From: an uncultured archaeon
GTDB taxonomy: Archaea; Asgardarchaeota; Lokiarchaeia; Sigyniarchaeales; SOKP01
Reading direction: 5' to 3'
Length of the DNA: 35,745 bases
NCBI GenBank assembly: GCA_964493715.1
Contig: CAZBPC010000025.1
Span: forward strand, 1-35,745
The notes under the pieces are model-generated. The model did not search any database, had not been told where the DNA came from, and saw only the letters and a program-made list of their open reading frames with translations. The translations under genes and the position numbers were made by a program. Of this stretch, positions 1-9,737 are shown in pieces; positions within the stretch are counted from its first letter, which is position 1, and each line of letters starts with the position of its first letter.

Positions 1-2
1 TG

Positions 3-2156
3 TTATTATCTCCAACATTTATGATTCCAACAGTTTATTCTGCTGAAATCCAAGGTACAAGTGTTCCAAAAAGTTCTCAGATGCTTAGTAATCCTATTAG
101 CGTAGCGATTTATGATGATGCTAATACCACCGTACCTTCATATGCTGGTCCTGTAACATTAACAAATAACCATTCTAATATTCAAACTGCTTTATTAACA
201 GCAGGGTATGAAGTCACACTTCTATCGACTAATCAAATTTACAATCACGAGCTCCAAACTGCTAAATATGACATCTTTATTATAGCTGACCACATGCCAA
301 AGACTAATATTACAAATTTCGTCAAAGAATACTGGTTAGGTGGAGGTTCATTACTTTCAATGGATAGCGCTCTTAGCTTTCTTTGCTATGCTGGTATTCT
401 ACCTCCAGAATCTGTTGGTGATGAAGGATTAGGAACTTATTGGTATTATCAAAGCTCCACAATTCAAAATATTACTACCCGACATCCAGTTTCAAAATCT
501 TATTCCGTGGATGATACTTTTACCATAAGTAATCCAACGTTATCTGCTACTATTGACTGGGCTGCCCTTCAAGGCACAAGCATTGCAAGTGAATTAGTTA
601 AAATCGCCACTATACCTGGATTTCCTAATGCTGCTACAGTTGTGGCCTATGATCCGCAATCGAGAGGAGGAAAAGTTGTTTATATTGTAAATCATCGAGA
701 CTTAGAAGATGATGCGATACTAATCGATGCGATTGAGTGGTTATGTCCACGACCAAAAGCAAGAATACTATTCGATTTGTCCCACCTTTCCTACTATGGG
801 TTGGATTCATGGGATGATGTTGTTTTGAGTACTGTTTACGGAATTTGGAGAGACACTCTTGTAAGTAGAGGATACACTATTGATAAATTGTATCCTTCAA
901 TTTTGGGGAATCTTACAGCAAGTAATCTGCTTCCATATGATATGCTTTTCATTTGTATGCCAAGAAATAATTTTACATCAAATGAAGTAGCAGCTGTAAC
1001 TCAATGGGTTAGTAATGGTGGAGGACTTATCGCAATCGGAGAAAATTCTGCATTTATTGATGAGAATAACAATATTAACTATCTCTATGGAAATTATGAT
1101 TTACAATTGCTTTCTATTACTGAAACTAATGGTGCAACTTATTTTGTGGAACATCCTACTACTGAGGCATGTACCGAAATAACTGCTTTTGGTCCTGGAT
1201 CTATTAATTACTCTGGAGATGCCTTCCCAATTTGGGGACATGATGCTTCAGAAATATATGTAGCTGGACAAGAGTATGGTAATGGACGAATTGTCTTAAT
1301 GTCAGAGGTTAGTCCATTTCGAGATTCTGACATAAATGATGTGAGTAATCTCCAGTATGCCATCAACGTTGCGAATTGGTTAACTGCATCTAAGGCTGAG
1401 GTACTACTCTATGTTGATGAACCTTATAGTCCAAATTATTACCGAACTCCGGTTTCTAATGCTCTCAATGAATTGGGTATTGATTTCTACTTAACTTTTG
1501 ACGATTATTATCTGAACTTATCACTGAATTTGTACGATTGGAAAATAGTGATAATAGATAATCCCTGGTCGACTTTTAGTACTTCCGTGTTAACAACATT
1601 AAATGAGTATGTTAAAGAAGGGGGTAGATTATTAATGTCTACGTTCAGAGTTGATTTAATTCCAACTCATCCTTTATGGGCACGATTAGGATTTGCATTT
1701 GATCTAGAGCAACCTGGTTCATCGTCGCTGTATATTTGGGCTGCAACACATGCTATTTTTAATGTGCCAGTTGATTATGGGGCAGCAAGATTTGATCCAA
1801 TTAGGGATTATGGTGATGAGGGCGATCTTCTTAGAGTATATCCAAATGCTACAGCTTTAGCAGGATATACTGCAACTGAAACTGCTAATAATTCAAATAT
1901 AGTCTTAGGTAATGGTGGAAGAACACTATATAATGGTTATCTTATTGATCAATTTACTGGAGATATAGACGATTCTACTTATGCGGATAATTTTGAACTG
2001 TGGGTGAATGAAATAGCTTTTATGTGGGCACAGATTCAAACAACAACTCCACCATCCGGAATTCCTGGTTATGACATGTTTATCGTATTTGGGTCAATTT
2101 GCCTTACAATGGGAATTTTAGCAATAATTACTATCCGAAAGAAACGTTTACTATAA
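3..2156 (+). CDS. Cell-surface protein with three tandem class-I GATase-like/DUF4350(GIFT)-like modules and a C-terminal IPGY-TM-basic sorting signal (Loki-CTERM-like); probably 5'-truncated by the window edge
   Basis: Frame is open from base 3 (LLSPTF before the M at 21), so the true start is probably upstream. Three repeats of the pattern YDxxxI...xGGxL (YDIFII..EYWLGGGSLL; YDMLFI..QWVSNGGGLI; WKIVII..EYVKEGGRLL). Ends TTTPPSG-IPGY-hydrophobic helix-RKKR. Confidence 0.75.
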   Translation, partial: LLSPTFMIPTVYSAEIQGTSVPKSSQMLSNPISVAIYDDANTTVPSYAGPVTLTNNHSNIQTALLTAGYEVTLLSTNQIYNHELQTAKYDIFIIADHMPKTNITNFVKEYWLGGGSLLSMDSALSFLCYAGILPPESVGDEGLGTYWYYQSSTIQNITTRHPVSKSYSVDDTFTISNPTLSATIDWAALQGTSIASELVKIATIPGFPNAATVVAYDPQSRGGKVVYIVNHRDLEDDAILIDAIEWLCPRPKARILFDLSHLSYYGLDSWDDVVLSTVYGIWRDTLVSRGYTIDKLYPSILGNLTASNLLPYDMLFICMPRNNFTSNEVAAVTQWVSNGGGLIAIGENSAFIDENNNINYLYGNYDLQLLSITETNGATYFVEHPTTEACTEITAFGPGSINYSGDAFPIWGHDASEIYVAGQEYGNGRIVLMSEVSPFRDSDINDVSNLQYAINVANWLTASKAEVLLYVDEPYSPNYYRTPVSNALNELGIDFYLTFDDYYLNLSLNLYDWKIVIIDNPWSTFSTSVLTTLNEYVKEGGRLLMSTFRVDLIPTHPLWARLGFAFDLEQPGSSSLYIWAATHAIFNVPVDYGAARFDPIRDYGDEGDLLRVYPNATALAGYTATETANNSNIVLGNGGRTLYNGYLIDQFTGDIDDSTYADNFELWVNEIAFMWAQIQTTTPPSGIPGYDMFIVFGSICLTMGILAIITIRKKRLL

Positions 2157-2167
2157 AATCTAATAAA

Positions 2168-2188
2168 CTCTCTTTTTTTTTTAATTTT
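2168..2188 (+). terminator. Oligo-T tract, candidate archaeal intrinsic terminator
   Basis: CTCTC followed by a T10 run starting about 17 nt after the stop at 2156. Confidence 0.45.
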
Positions 2189-2404
2189 ATATTAACGATA
2201 AATTCAATTGAATTATATAAGTTGATAGTACCATTATTTTTGGAAAAACTCCCAACTTTAAATATGAATGATCACTAATTGAATTCTCATTTTAGGAAAA
2301 GAATTGGAGACAATATATTGTTAAAGGTAGATATATTTATATATTGAAATAGGCCTAATACCATATCAACACTAAATTTTAAAAGAAATTTAATGTGAAT
2401 AAAT

Positions 2405-4189
2405 ATGAAATCAAGAAACATAAGAATTACTGTAGTAATTTCTATTCTAACAATGATACTCGCCATAAATGGTGGAGTTATTTCTGTTGGTTCATTAATT
2501 TCAGAAGTTGAAAATCAACCAATATTTTATGGGGGGTTAAAAACATCAACAACTCATACTAGCGCAATAGAGATTGATGATACCAATCCAGCTAGTAATT
2601 GGGCAGCAGCGAAAATTGCAGGTATTTGTACTGGTTTTGGAACATCTGGAGATCCTTACATTATAAGTAATGATTTGTTTAATACAACGACAGGTAGTAT
2701 ATGTTTAAGCATTGTTAATTCAAGAAAATATTTTCGAGTTCTGAATTGTGAATTTATAATATCTGGTTTTAGTGCAGGAATTCTGCTCGATAACACTACG
2801 AGCGGTTTAATTGAAGATAATCAATTACCAAGAAATGTTTTTGTAAATATTTTAATTGATAACTGTAGTCTAATAACTATAAGGGATAATAATTGTTCAG
2901 TAAGCGGAACTGGAATAGCTGTAGCAAATTCAGATCACGTAAATTTATATTCTAACATTGTTAATGACAATTTTGGTTATGGAATTAGCTATGATAACTG
3001 TAAGAATTGTACTATTGAAGGTAATGATGCAATAGGAAATAGTAATGATGGGATATATCTCAATGATTGTGATTTCTTAATAATTAAGACTAATAAGATT
3101 ATAAATAATTCTATTGGTATTGAAAACGAGCTCACAAATAATACACAAGTATTGGATAATACTATTATGAATAATGACAATCATGGTATTTCAATTTATC
3201 AGAGTCATTGGTGTGAAATAACTGGAAATGCAATTTCCGAAAATGCTAATGATGGAATCAGAGTACAAGAAAGCACTCATAACCTGTTTGAATCCAATAT
3301 AGTAAATAACAACTTTTACGGAATACATTTGATTACATCCTCAGATTTTAACACAATTTCAAAAAATACTGTTAATAATAATCAAGATGACGGACTTTTT
3401 CTAAACTCCGGTAATTTTAATATTATTGATCAGAATACAGCTAATCATAATGGAGATGAAGGAATTTGGCTTACAGGATGTTATAATTCAAACATAACCA
3501 ATAGCATTGCTTATAATAATATCGGAAATGGCATTAGACTAGATTCTGGAGGAAATATGACTTGTAATGATAATACAGCCTACAGTAACCTTGAAAATGG
3601 AATTAGATTATATAATATGGATGATTGTACTGTGAAAGCAAATAATGCGCAACATAATGGGGAATATGGTATCGCATTTTATTTTGGTTCTGAAAGAAAT
3701 ATGATTAGAGGAAATATAGCCTCTTATAATAATTTAAGTGGATTTTTTTTCATTTCTTCTTCAGACAATAACTTATTATTATCAAACATTGTAAATGACA
3801 ATCTTGACCATGGAATTTATTTACAAACGAGTGATAATAATCTAATAACTCAGAACATAGCTAATCATAATGGATTAAATGGGATTTACTTGGTTTCAAG
3901 TAATAATAATTACATTACTTACAATACAGCAAATGGAAATGGCATTGGAACTTTTCTAGAAGCTAGCAATAATAATTTTGTTATCGGAAATATTTTATTA
4001 AATAATGACGTCTGCTATAATGAAACCGGAAGTACGGGCAATGTTTTTGAAGATAACATATGTCATTCTAGCCAACTTCCTCCTCTTGAAACAGATCTTT
4101 CAATGTTCTTTCTAATAATCGCGATAGCTGAAGGTGTAGCAATAGGAATCCTCATATTGATTACAATCTTGAAGAAAAGAAAATTATAA
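2405..4189 (+). CDS. Membrane-anchored right-handed parallel beta-helix protein (NosD/CASH-type repeats)
   Basis: N-terminal signal/TM segment; the GxGTxxDPYII motif typical of archaeal NosD-like proteins; many approx. 22-23 aa GIxLxxSxxNxIxxNxxxxN repeats; C-terminal TM followed by KKRKL. Confidence 0.85.
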   Translation: MKSRNIRITVVISILTMILAINGGVISVGSLISEVENQPIFYGGLKTSTTHTSAIEIDDTNPASNWAAAKIAGICTGFGTSGDPYIISNDLFNTTTGSICLSIVNSRKYFRVLNCEFIISGFSAGILLDNTTSGLIEDNQLPRNVFVNILIDNCSLITIRDNNCSVSGTGIAVANSDHVNLYSNIVNDNFGYGISYDNCKNCTIEGNDAIGNSNDGIYLNDCDFLIIKTNKIINNSIGIENELTNNTQVLDNTIMNNDNHGISIYQSHWCEITGNAISENANDGIRVQESTHNLFESNIVNNNFYGIHLITSSDFNTISKNTVNNNQDDGLFLNSGNFNIIDQNTANHNGDEGIWLTGCYNSNITNSIAYNNIGNGIRLDSGGNMTCNDNTAYSNLENGIRLYNMDDCTVKANNAQHNGEYGIAFYFGSERNMIRGNIASYNNLSGFFFISSSDNNLLLSNIVNDNLDHGIYLQTSDNNLITQNIANHNGLNGIYLVSSNNNYITYNTANGNGIGTFLEASNNNFVIGNILLNNDVCYNETGSTGNVFEDNICHSSQLPPLETDLSMFFLIIAIAEGVAIGILILITILKKRKL

Positions 4190-4220
4190 AAAAAAAGACT
4201 ATTAAATACCTTTTTTTTTA
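4186..4220. terminator. Bidirectional A-tract/T-tract terminator between convergent genes
   Basis: An A run followed by a T run in the 28-nt gap between the convergent stops at 4189 and 4218. Confidence 0.4.
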
Positions 4221-4961
4221 TCTAATTTTATTTCCAGTGACCCCTACATAAATAGATGTTTCTTTAATTCCATCAATTTCTAACAATTTATTTAATTCAT
4301 TATCATAGATGGCGCCAATTGTACACGCTCCTAATCCTAAAGCTTCTGCAACCAAATAAAAATTCTGTCCAATATGCCCCGCATCCATATAGATATATCG
4401 ATAGCATCTTTGAAGATATTTCCATTTCGATCGCTCTATAATTGCCGTCCAAATAAAAGTAATAGCAGAATTATATACCATTTTTTGATCTAAACATGCT
4501 TCCATTGCTTCACTACGAAAATCTCCAAATTTTAAGCATTCTAGTTCATGATTTTTTATATTGTAATGATAAAGACCGGGATCAATTCCATTTACATTGT
4601 TTATTACAGCATAGCTTTCAATGGGAAAAAGACCACCTGCAGAAGGAACTGTTCGAAATGCAAATTGAGGGAAGTTTCTCGTGATTCCTGAAATTCCAAA
4701 AAGCAATAAACTTACTTGTTCTAAATCAAGAGCTCCCCGACTAAATTTCCTCAAAGATTGCCTATTTATGATAACTTCCCAAAAAGATAAATCTTCTTCA
4801 AACTTAGGAGGCGGTAAAGGAATCCTTTTTTTAGCGTCAGGATATTCCTTATACGTTTTTGGTTTATTCACCCAATCTAAATAATGTTGAGGTAACTTTC
4901 CTCTAAGATATTTTGACTTTTGTTGAAAATTATCTCCATAAGTATCTGAATTATTTTCCAT
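4218..4961 (-). CDS. SagB/ThcOx-family FMN-dependent nitroreductase-like dehydrogenase
   Basis: Motifs RQSLRKF, RTVPSAGGLFP, GLYHY, KYxxRxYRY, DAGHIGQN, LGACTIGA. Confidence 0.9.
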   Translation of the reverse strand: MENNSDTYGDNFQQKSKYLRGKLPQHYLDWVNKPKTYKEYPDAKKRIPLPPPKFEEDLSFWEVIINRQSLRKFSRGALDLEQVSLLLFGISGITRNFPQFAFRTVPSAGGLFPIESYAVINNVNGIDPGLYHYNIKNHELECLKFGDFRSEAMEACLDQKMVYNSAITFIWTAIIERSKWKYLQRCYRYIYMDAGHIGQNFYLVAEALGLGACTIGAIYDNELNKLLEIDGIKETSIYVGVTGNKIR

Positions 4962-5145
4962 AAGTTAATTCCATATGCTTAAAATTAAAAAGTTTAACGT
5001 AATAATTCAAAAGGTATAATTAAGTTCAAATTAAAAATATATCAATTAGAAAAAAAGAGAAAAAAGAACTCTTGAAAATAATACAGTATTCATAAGTGTA
5101 GGTTTTTTTATTTAATATAAGCTAATAAAATTCATAACATAAAAA

Positions 5146-6363
5146 ATGCCAGATAATAGTATTGAATTGATTACGAAATTCTTGGATAAATCAAAAATTA
5201 TCAATATAAAAAAGCTAAGATTAGAAGATATTGCTAATTTACCTACTTCCAACTTTAAGTTCTTAACGGATGCTGATGCTTCGTTATTTTCAGAATTATT
5301 TAAAATTTCAACCATCAGTCAATTTGCTGAACTAGATCCTGAAGAACCATTCTCAATTTTATATGAAAATGAAGCATCTCAGAGAAGGATCGAACATATG
5401 CTCCAAGCAGATCTTGAAATTGAAGAGAAACTTAAGAAAGCTGTTACGATAAGCTGTATAATTAAAAGGATTCAAGAAGAATCTGAGTCATACGTGAGCA
5501 AGGAACAAAAAATTGTGGTAGTTGGATTGGGAAATGCTGGTAAAACAACCATTCTAAGGAAATTTGGTGGACAAATTGGTATTAAAGATCTTGCTAAATT
5601 AACTCCTACAAAAGGTGTGCAACGAAAAGAGATTGTAACTTCAGATATGGCTCTAATTTTATGGGATTTTGGCGGACAAGAAGAATATAGAGATGTTTAC
5701 TTGAGTAATCCAGAAAAGTATTTTCTCAAGGTTGATCTGGTGATTTATGTTATTGATTTGCAAGATTCTGATAATTTTGAAAAAAGCATCAATTATTTCA
5801 CGCAAATCCTAGAAGTATTTAATAAATTAGAAGAAAATCCCTATATTTTAATTTTCATACATAAATTTGACCCGGATGTAAAGGATGATCCGGAAATAAT
5901 CTTAAATGTTGAATTGATTAAAGATTTGATTAAGGAGGTGTTTCAAGAAAATAAAAGATTCGAATATGACATGTATTTTAGTTCAATATACTCGGCAATT
6001 GCAAATGAACCAAAATTTTCGAGATATTTGAAAAATACCATGCAAAAAACAGCTACATTATCTGATATGAAGTTGGAAGGCATGTCAACTGTATTAGAGA
6101 GTACTTTAAATGGAATTATACGACTTTCTGAAAGTGTACTTACCCAATATAATGATTTGGATAGAAGGATTAGAACTCTTGAAATGAGAACTCCAATAGA
6201 TAAAGGGGCATTAAAGCCTTCAACTACAGTAGAATTATCCCCTGAACTAACTCCAACTCAAAGGTTCGAAGCAACAATAAGACCTGAAAGGCACGTAAAA
6301 TCGGCGATTTTAGCTGAACTAAATGATTTATTTGATAAAACAAAAAGACGGGATGCTACGTAA
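5146..6363 (+). CDS. Multidomain small GTPase (Ras superfamily, Rag/Arf-like) with N-terminal helical domain and C-terminal coiled coil
   Basis: G1 GLGNAGKT, G2 PTKG, G3 WDFGGQ, G4 HKFD, G5 SSIY. About 120 aa N-terminal and about 120 aa C-terminal extensions. Confidence 0.9.
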   Translation: MPDNSIELITKFLDKSKIINIKKLRLEDIANLPTSNFKFLTDADASLFSELFKISTISQFAELDPEEPFSILYENEASQRRIEHMLQADLEIEEKLKKAVTISCIIKRIQEESESYVSKEQKIVVVGLGNAGKTTILRKFGGQIGIKDLAKLTPTKGVQRKEIVTSDMALILWDFGGQEEYRDVYLSNPEKYFLKVDLVIYVIDLQDSDNFEKSINYFTQILEVFNKLEENPYILIFIHKFDPDVKDDPEIILNVELIKDLIKEVFQENKRFEYDMYFSSIYSAIANEPKFSRYLKNTMQKTATLSDMKLEGMSTVLESTLNGIIRLSESVLTQYNDLDRRIRTLEMRTPIDKGALKPSTTVELSPELTPTQRFEATIRPERHVKSAILAELNDLFDKTKRRDAT

Positions 6364-6482
6364 AATCCATTTTCTCTGCTAATACTTTTTGTTAATAAAA
6401 CTTCAAAATCATTCCATAGGGTTTTATAATTATTAAATATCGTTATAAAATTAATCTTAAAATAATATAGTGAGTGATAAGA

Positions 6483-6815
6483 ATGAGTTTTGAAGAAGAT
6501 TTTAATGATGAATTAGAACCAGTTAAATCAAAAACACCCGCTTCAAAGATACCATCTTCGGGAAAGAAGTCAACTCTATATTTTATGTCAACAATAGGAC
6601 CTGGAGAAAAAAAGGAAAAGCTTACCGTGAATGATGCTAATCGCGTGAGTGATGTAAAAAGAACCCTTGGTAATCTGTTTGGTTTGGATCCTGATGAATT
6701 TCATCTAAGTTCAGGAGGTGTTACTATGGATGAAAATAATCAATTAAGGGATTATAACTTGAATAATGGCGATGATATTCTTTTAATTCCTGCAAGTACG
6801 GCTGGTATTTTTTAG
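6483..6815 (+). CDS. Ubiquitin-like (beta-grasp) protein with a disordered N-terminal extension
   Basis: VSDVKRTLGNLFGLDPDEFHLSSGGVTMDENNQLRDYNLNNGDDILL aligns by eye with ubiquitin [47 protein letters not shown]. ATG 6483 is preferred over the GTG at 6474. Confidence 0.85.
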   Translation: MSFEEDFNDELEPVKSKTPASKIPSSGKKSTLYFMSTIGPGEKKEKLTVNDANRVSDVKRTLGNLFGLDPDEFHLSSGGVTMDENNQLRDYNLNNGDDILLIPASTAGIF

Positions 6816-7070
6816 ACAAATTTTTATAGAAGACTATTGGATATAATAATAATGGGTCTCTAATTATTTTTTTTAATTTTTTTAATATGCACGTTATTTT
6901 ACAATCTAATTAGCATACTAGAATCCAATAATCGGATTCCTTTAATGTTATAAATTTATGAATTCATTATTGAAATTAATAATTTTTCTAACAAAATAAA
7001 AATCAAAAATTATTAAATATGGATCTTATAACTAAAACATTTAAGTTATAAATAAATAAAGGAATTTATT

Positions 7071-8378
7071 ATGGAATTCGTCCGTGAAAAAATTAAACTC
7101 TCTAAATTGGATGTTCATACAAAACAAATAATTTTGGTATTAAAAAAAATCAGTTATATCTTCTTTCCTATTGTATGTCTTTTCATGTGGGCTTTCCTAG
7201 CGTTGTATAGAGATGGATTTATACTCAATGGTTTTGATAGCCATATTTTTTATAACGCGGGAAAGACAATTTTCACGGATACTGGTAACGTATATGGTCA
7301 ATCGTATTATTATTTACCGAGTTTCGCTGAGTTATATTCAATTATAAGTTTTTTATTTGATTTTCACACTTCTGAATGGATATTCTTTATAATCTTATTA
7401 ATTTTCGGGGGTTATTCTATAATCTTATTCGACAAGATTCTTGTTTTAAAAGGATGGGAAAACAAATTTATTAGATTTTTGTGTTTAATGGTAATAAGTA
7501 ATGGACACAAAATATTTTTACAATTTGACGGTCTTAATGTAAAAATAATTACTCTATGTTTTTTTTTATTGTTTATTAAAAGAGAAATAGAGCATAGAAA
7601 TAAAAATAATTCAAATGAATTTCACTTGAAATTCTCATTCATTCAATTTACGATACTGTCGTTAGTTATCGCTGTGTTACCGTATGCATTTTTCATTATC
7701 CCACTTTATTTTTTAAATGGTGTAAAAATTAATGAATTATGTGATAAAGAACAATTAAAAAAATATATTTTATTCGGGATTGTTTTTATTTCCCAAAATT
7801 TCATGTTTTTAATAAATCCAAGCTTGGTTTCTCAATTTTTTACGGGGTTTACGTTTAGAACTTCGAACGATGAAATTTCTTGTATATTGTCATGTATATA
7901 CGTCATTTTTAATTTGCAATACAATTTAGTGTTACCTATCTTATCCCTTAGTTTAATGACCTTTTTTACACTTTATATTATTTTTAAAAATCATTCTACT
8001 ATAGAATATAAATTTGGCATCTATTTTTTATTTTCAATTTTTTTTAGTATTTATATAAGGCCTTCACAGTTCATTGCTTTCATTCCATTAATTTTAATTT
8101 TATTTGTAGACGTAATTAATAGTGATATCAATGGAATTAAAGATTATAAGAAAGTCTCGAATTATAGGGTGTTTATTAAAGAAAATTATCTCTTCTTGTT
8201 AGCTTTGATTTGCTTTTCTTTATTGCTTTTTTTCCCGGGATACATATTTATTTATAAGATAATACCATTCATGAAAATAATCCCAGTTCAAATTATAATA
8301 TTATATTATACCGTAGTGAGCTCGATTCTTCTAATTGATCTAATAATTTTTTTAAAAAAACATAAAAAAATCGTGTAA
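7071..8378 (+). CDS. Polytopic membrane protein, GT-C fold glycosyltransferase (GT87/DUF2029-like)
   Basis: About 10-11 hydrophobic segments; first loop DSHIFYNAG...NVY...YYYLPSFA matches the D-x-x-x-F/Y-Y-x-A...Y...Y-x-Y-x-P-x-F pattern of GT87-like enzymes. Confidence 0.6.
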   Translation: MEFVREKIKLSKLDVHTKQIILVLKKISYIFFPIVCLFMWAFLALYRDGFILNGFDSHIFYNAGKTIFTDTGNVYGQSYYYLPSFAELYSIISFLFDFHTSEWIFFIILLIFGGYSIILFDKILVLKGWENKFIRFLCLMVISNGHKIFLQFDGLNVKIITLCFFLLFIKREIEHRNKNNSNEFHLKFSFIQFTILSLVIAVLPYAFFIIPLYFLNGVKINELCDKEQLKKYILFGIVFISQNFMFLINPSLVSQFFTGFTFRTSNDEISCILSCIYVIFNLQYNLVLPILSLSLMTFFTLYIIFKNHSTIEYKFGIYFLFSIFFSIYIRPSQFIAFIPLILILFVDVINSDINGIKDYKKVSNYRVFIKENYLFLLALICFSLLLFFPGYIFIYKIIPFMKIIPVQIIILYYTVVSSILLIDLIIFLKKHKKIV

Positions 8379-8399
8379 AGCCCGAAATTAAAAATCATG

Positions 8400-8713
8400 T
8401 AGCATTTCAGCAATATTACAAATGGGTCAATAGGATCTAGACTCTATGGTTATTAGTTTGATTAATTCTAATCAAAGTTTTTCATCCTCAACCACTTTAA
8501 AAAATTCAGAATATATTTTTTCTGGAAATTTTTCATTTCGATAAATCATTTCGTATTAGAGAAAAAGAATGTAGCGAATGATTTTAATCCAGCAAGAATA
8601 GTATGATCAAAATTGTCCACCATTTTAATTTTAACCATTGCATCATAATAGTATTCGATATTAACCTCCATCAGATTCAAGGCTTTAATCTCGTCAATCT
8701 TTTCAAACTCTAT
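8400..8713 (-). pseudogene. Possible decayed gene remnant
   Basis: Protein-like frame 8713-8546 (IEFEKIDEIKALNLMEVNIEYYYDAMV..., 55 codons), then a shifted frame 8549-8472 (MIYRNENFPEKIYSEFFKVVEDEKL*) that continues through further stops. Confidence 0.3.
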
Positions 8714-8848
8714 AGATCTCTTATCCTTAAACTTTTTTTATTCCCTTCTATTTTATAATAGAGTATTATTATTATTAAAAGTTAATAATAGCTTAAAATC
8801 GAAATCAAGAAGATTTCAATTCCAGAATAATTAGCTATAAGACGACAT

Positions 8849-9130
8849 TTATAGTTTTCTTAACTTCTTCTTTTTTTCCTTATTTAGTTGTATCATATCT
8901 CTCTTTATCTTTAAAATCGCAGAATTCAGTTCCATTTTTTTAGATTTTAATGAAGAAAGATTTGATTGATAAATCTTTTTTTCTTCATGTTTTATTAGTT
9001 GTTCGGTTTGGTTTAATTCCTTATGTTTTATTGCTAGTTTTGATTCTAATTCTTTTATTTGTTTATGATATTCTGCTTGTATTTTATTAATCAAATCGGA
9101 TTTTGAAGAAACACTCATGAGGATCATCAT
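8849..9130 (-). CDS. Small basic coiled-coil hypothetical protein
   Basis: 93 aa, K/E/Q/L-rich heptad pattern, same strand as upstream neighbours. Confidence 0.6.
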   Translation of the reverse strand: MMILMSVSSKSDLINKIQAEYHKQIKELESKLAIKHKELNQTEQLIKHEEKKIYQSNLSSLKSKKMELNSAILKIKRDMIQLNKEKKKKLRKL

Positions 9131-9243
9131 ATCATATTATAAATTAATTTAGGAATTTCATATATATAGGATTTTCTAAAGACAATTTGATGTCGATAAT
9201 TCACGTAAGTAGTAAAAACCGTGAAAATGATAAAATATTTGCT

Positions 9244-9702
9244 TTATTGTTCTATGAAATCATCCATTAAAAGCTTTTGAACATGTTCGAGAGCTCTTTT
9301 ATTATCTTCCAATGATAGAAGATTCATGGCAACCTCATATGAACACCATTTCCAATCGTCATGTTCAAGAGGGTCTATTTTAGGGGGATCTGGTTGATGT
9401 ACAATTGCAACAAAAAGATATTCAGGAATTTGTTTAGTGTCTTTAGGATATATATTTTTCCATCTATCTTCCATGGGAATTATATAAGAGATATCTGTTT
9501 TTATTAATTTTACTGAAATAAAACCAGTTTCTTCAAATAATTCTCTATTTGCAGCCTCCATAAGAGTTTCAAATCCTTTAGGTGCTCCAGTCACTCCTTG
9601 CCAAAAGCCACCTCGACCTTTAACTCTTTTAAGCATCAAATAATCCCAATCATCATTGTTTTTCTTAACTGGATAAACTAATACTTGTATAGGAATTCTC
9701 AC
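9244..9702 (-). CDS. NUDIX hydrolase, NudB (dihydroneopterin triphosphate/dATP pyrophosphatase)-like
   Basis: FWQGVTG followed by Nudix box ETLMEAANRELFEETG; EHDDWKW near the C-terminus. Confidence 0.85.
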   Translation of the reverse strand: MRIPIQVLVYPVKKNNDDWDYLMLKRVKGRGGFWQGVTGAPKGFETLMEAANRELFEETGFISVKLIKTDISYIIPMEDRWKNIYPKDTKQIPEYLFVAIVHQPDPPKIDPLEHDDWKWCSYEVAMNLLSLEDNKRALEHVQKLLMDDFIEQ

Positions 9703-9737
9703 ATTTTATTACCAAGGCTTTTAATATTCTTTTTATT

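Noticed and set aside
2900-4060. Periodic AAT-rich DNA as a tandem repeat or CRISPR array
   Set aside because: The periodicity comes from Asn-rich beta-helix protein repeats; there are no identical DNA repeats with spacers.
4218-4961. SagB/ThcOx gene as part of a thiazole/oxazole RiPP cluster
   Set aside because: No YcaO, E1-like partner or Cys/Ser/Thr-rich precursor nearby; stand-alone homologues are common in archaea.
6483-6815. Calling the Ubl gene UFM1, SAMP/MoaD or canonical ubiquitin
   Set aside because: It lacks a GG terminus and the UFM1 core and DRVG motif, so no gene symbol is justified.
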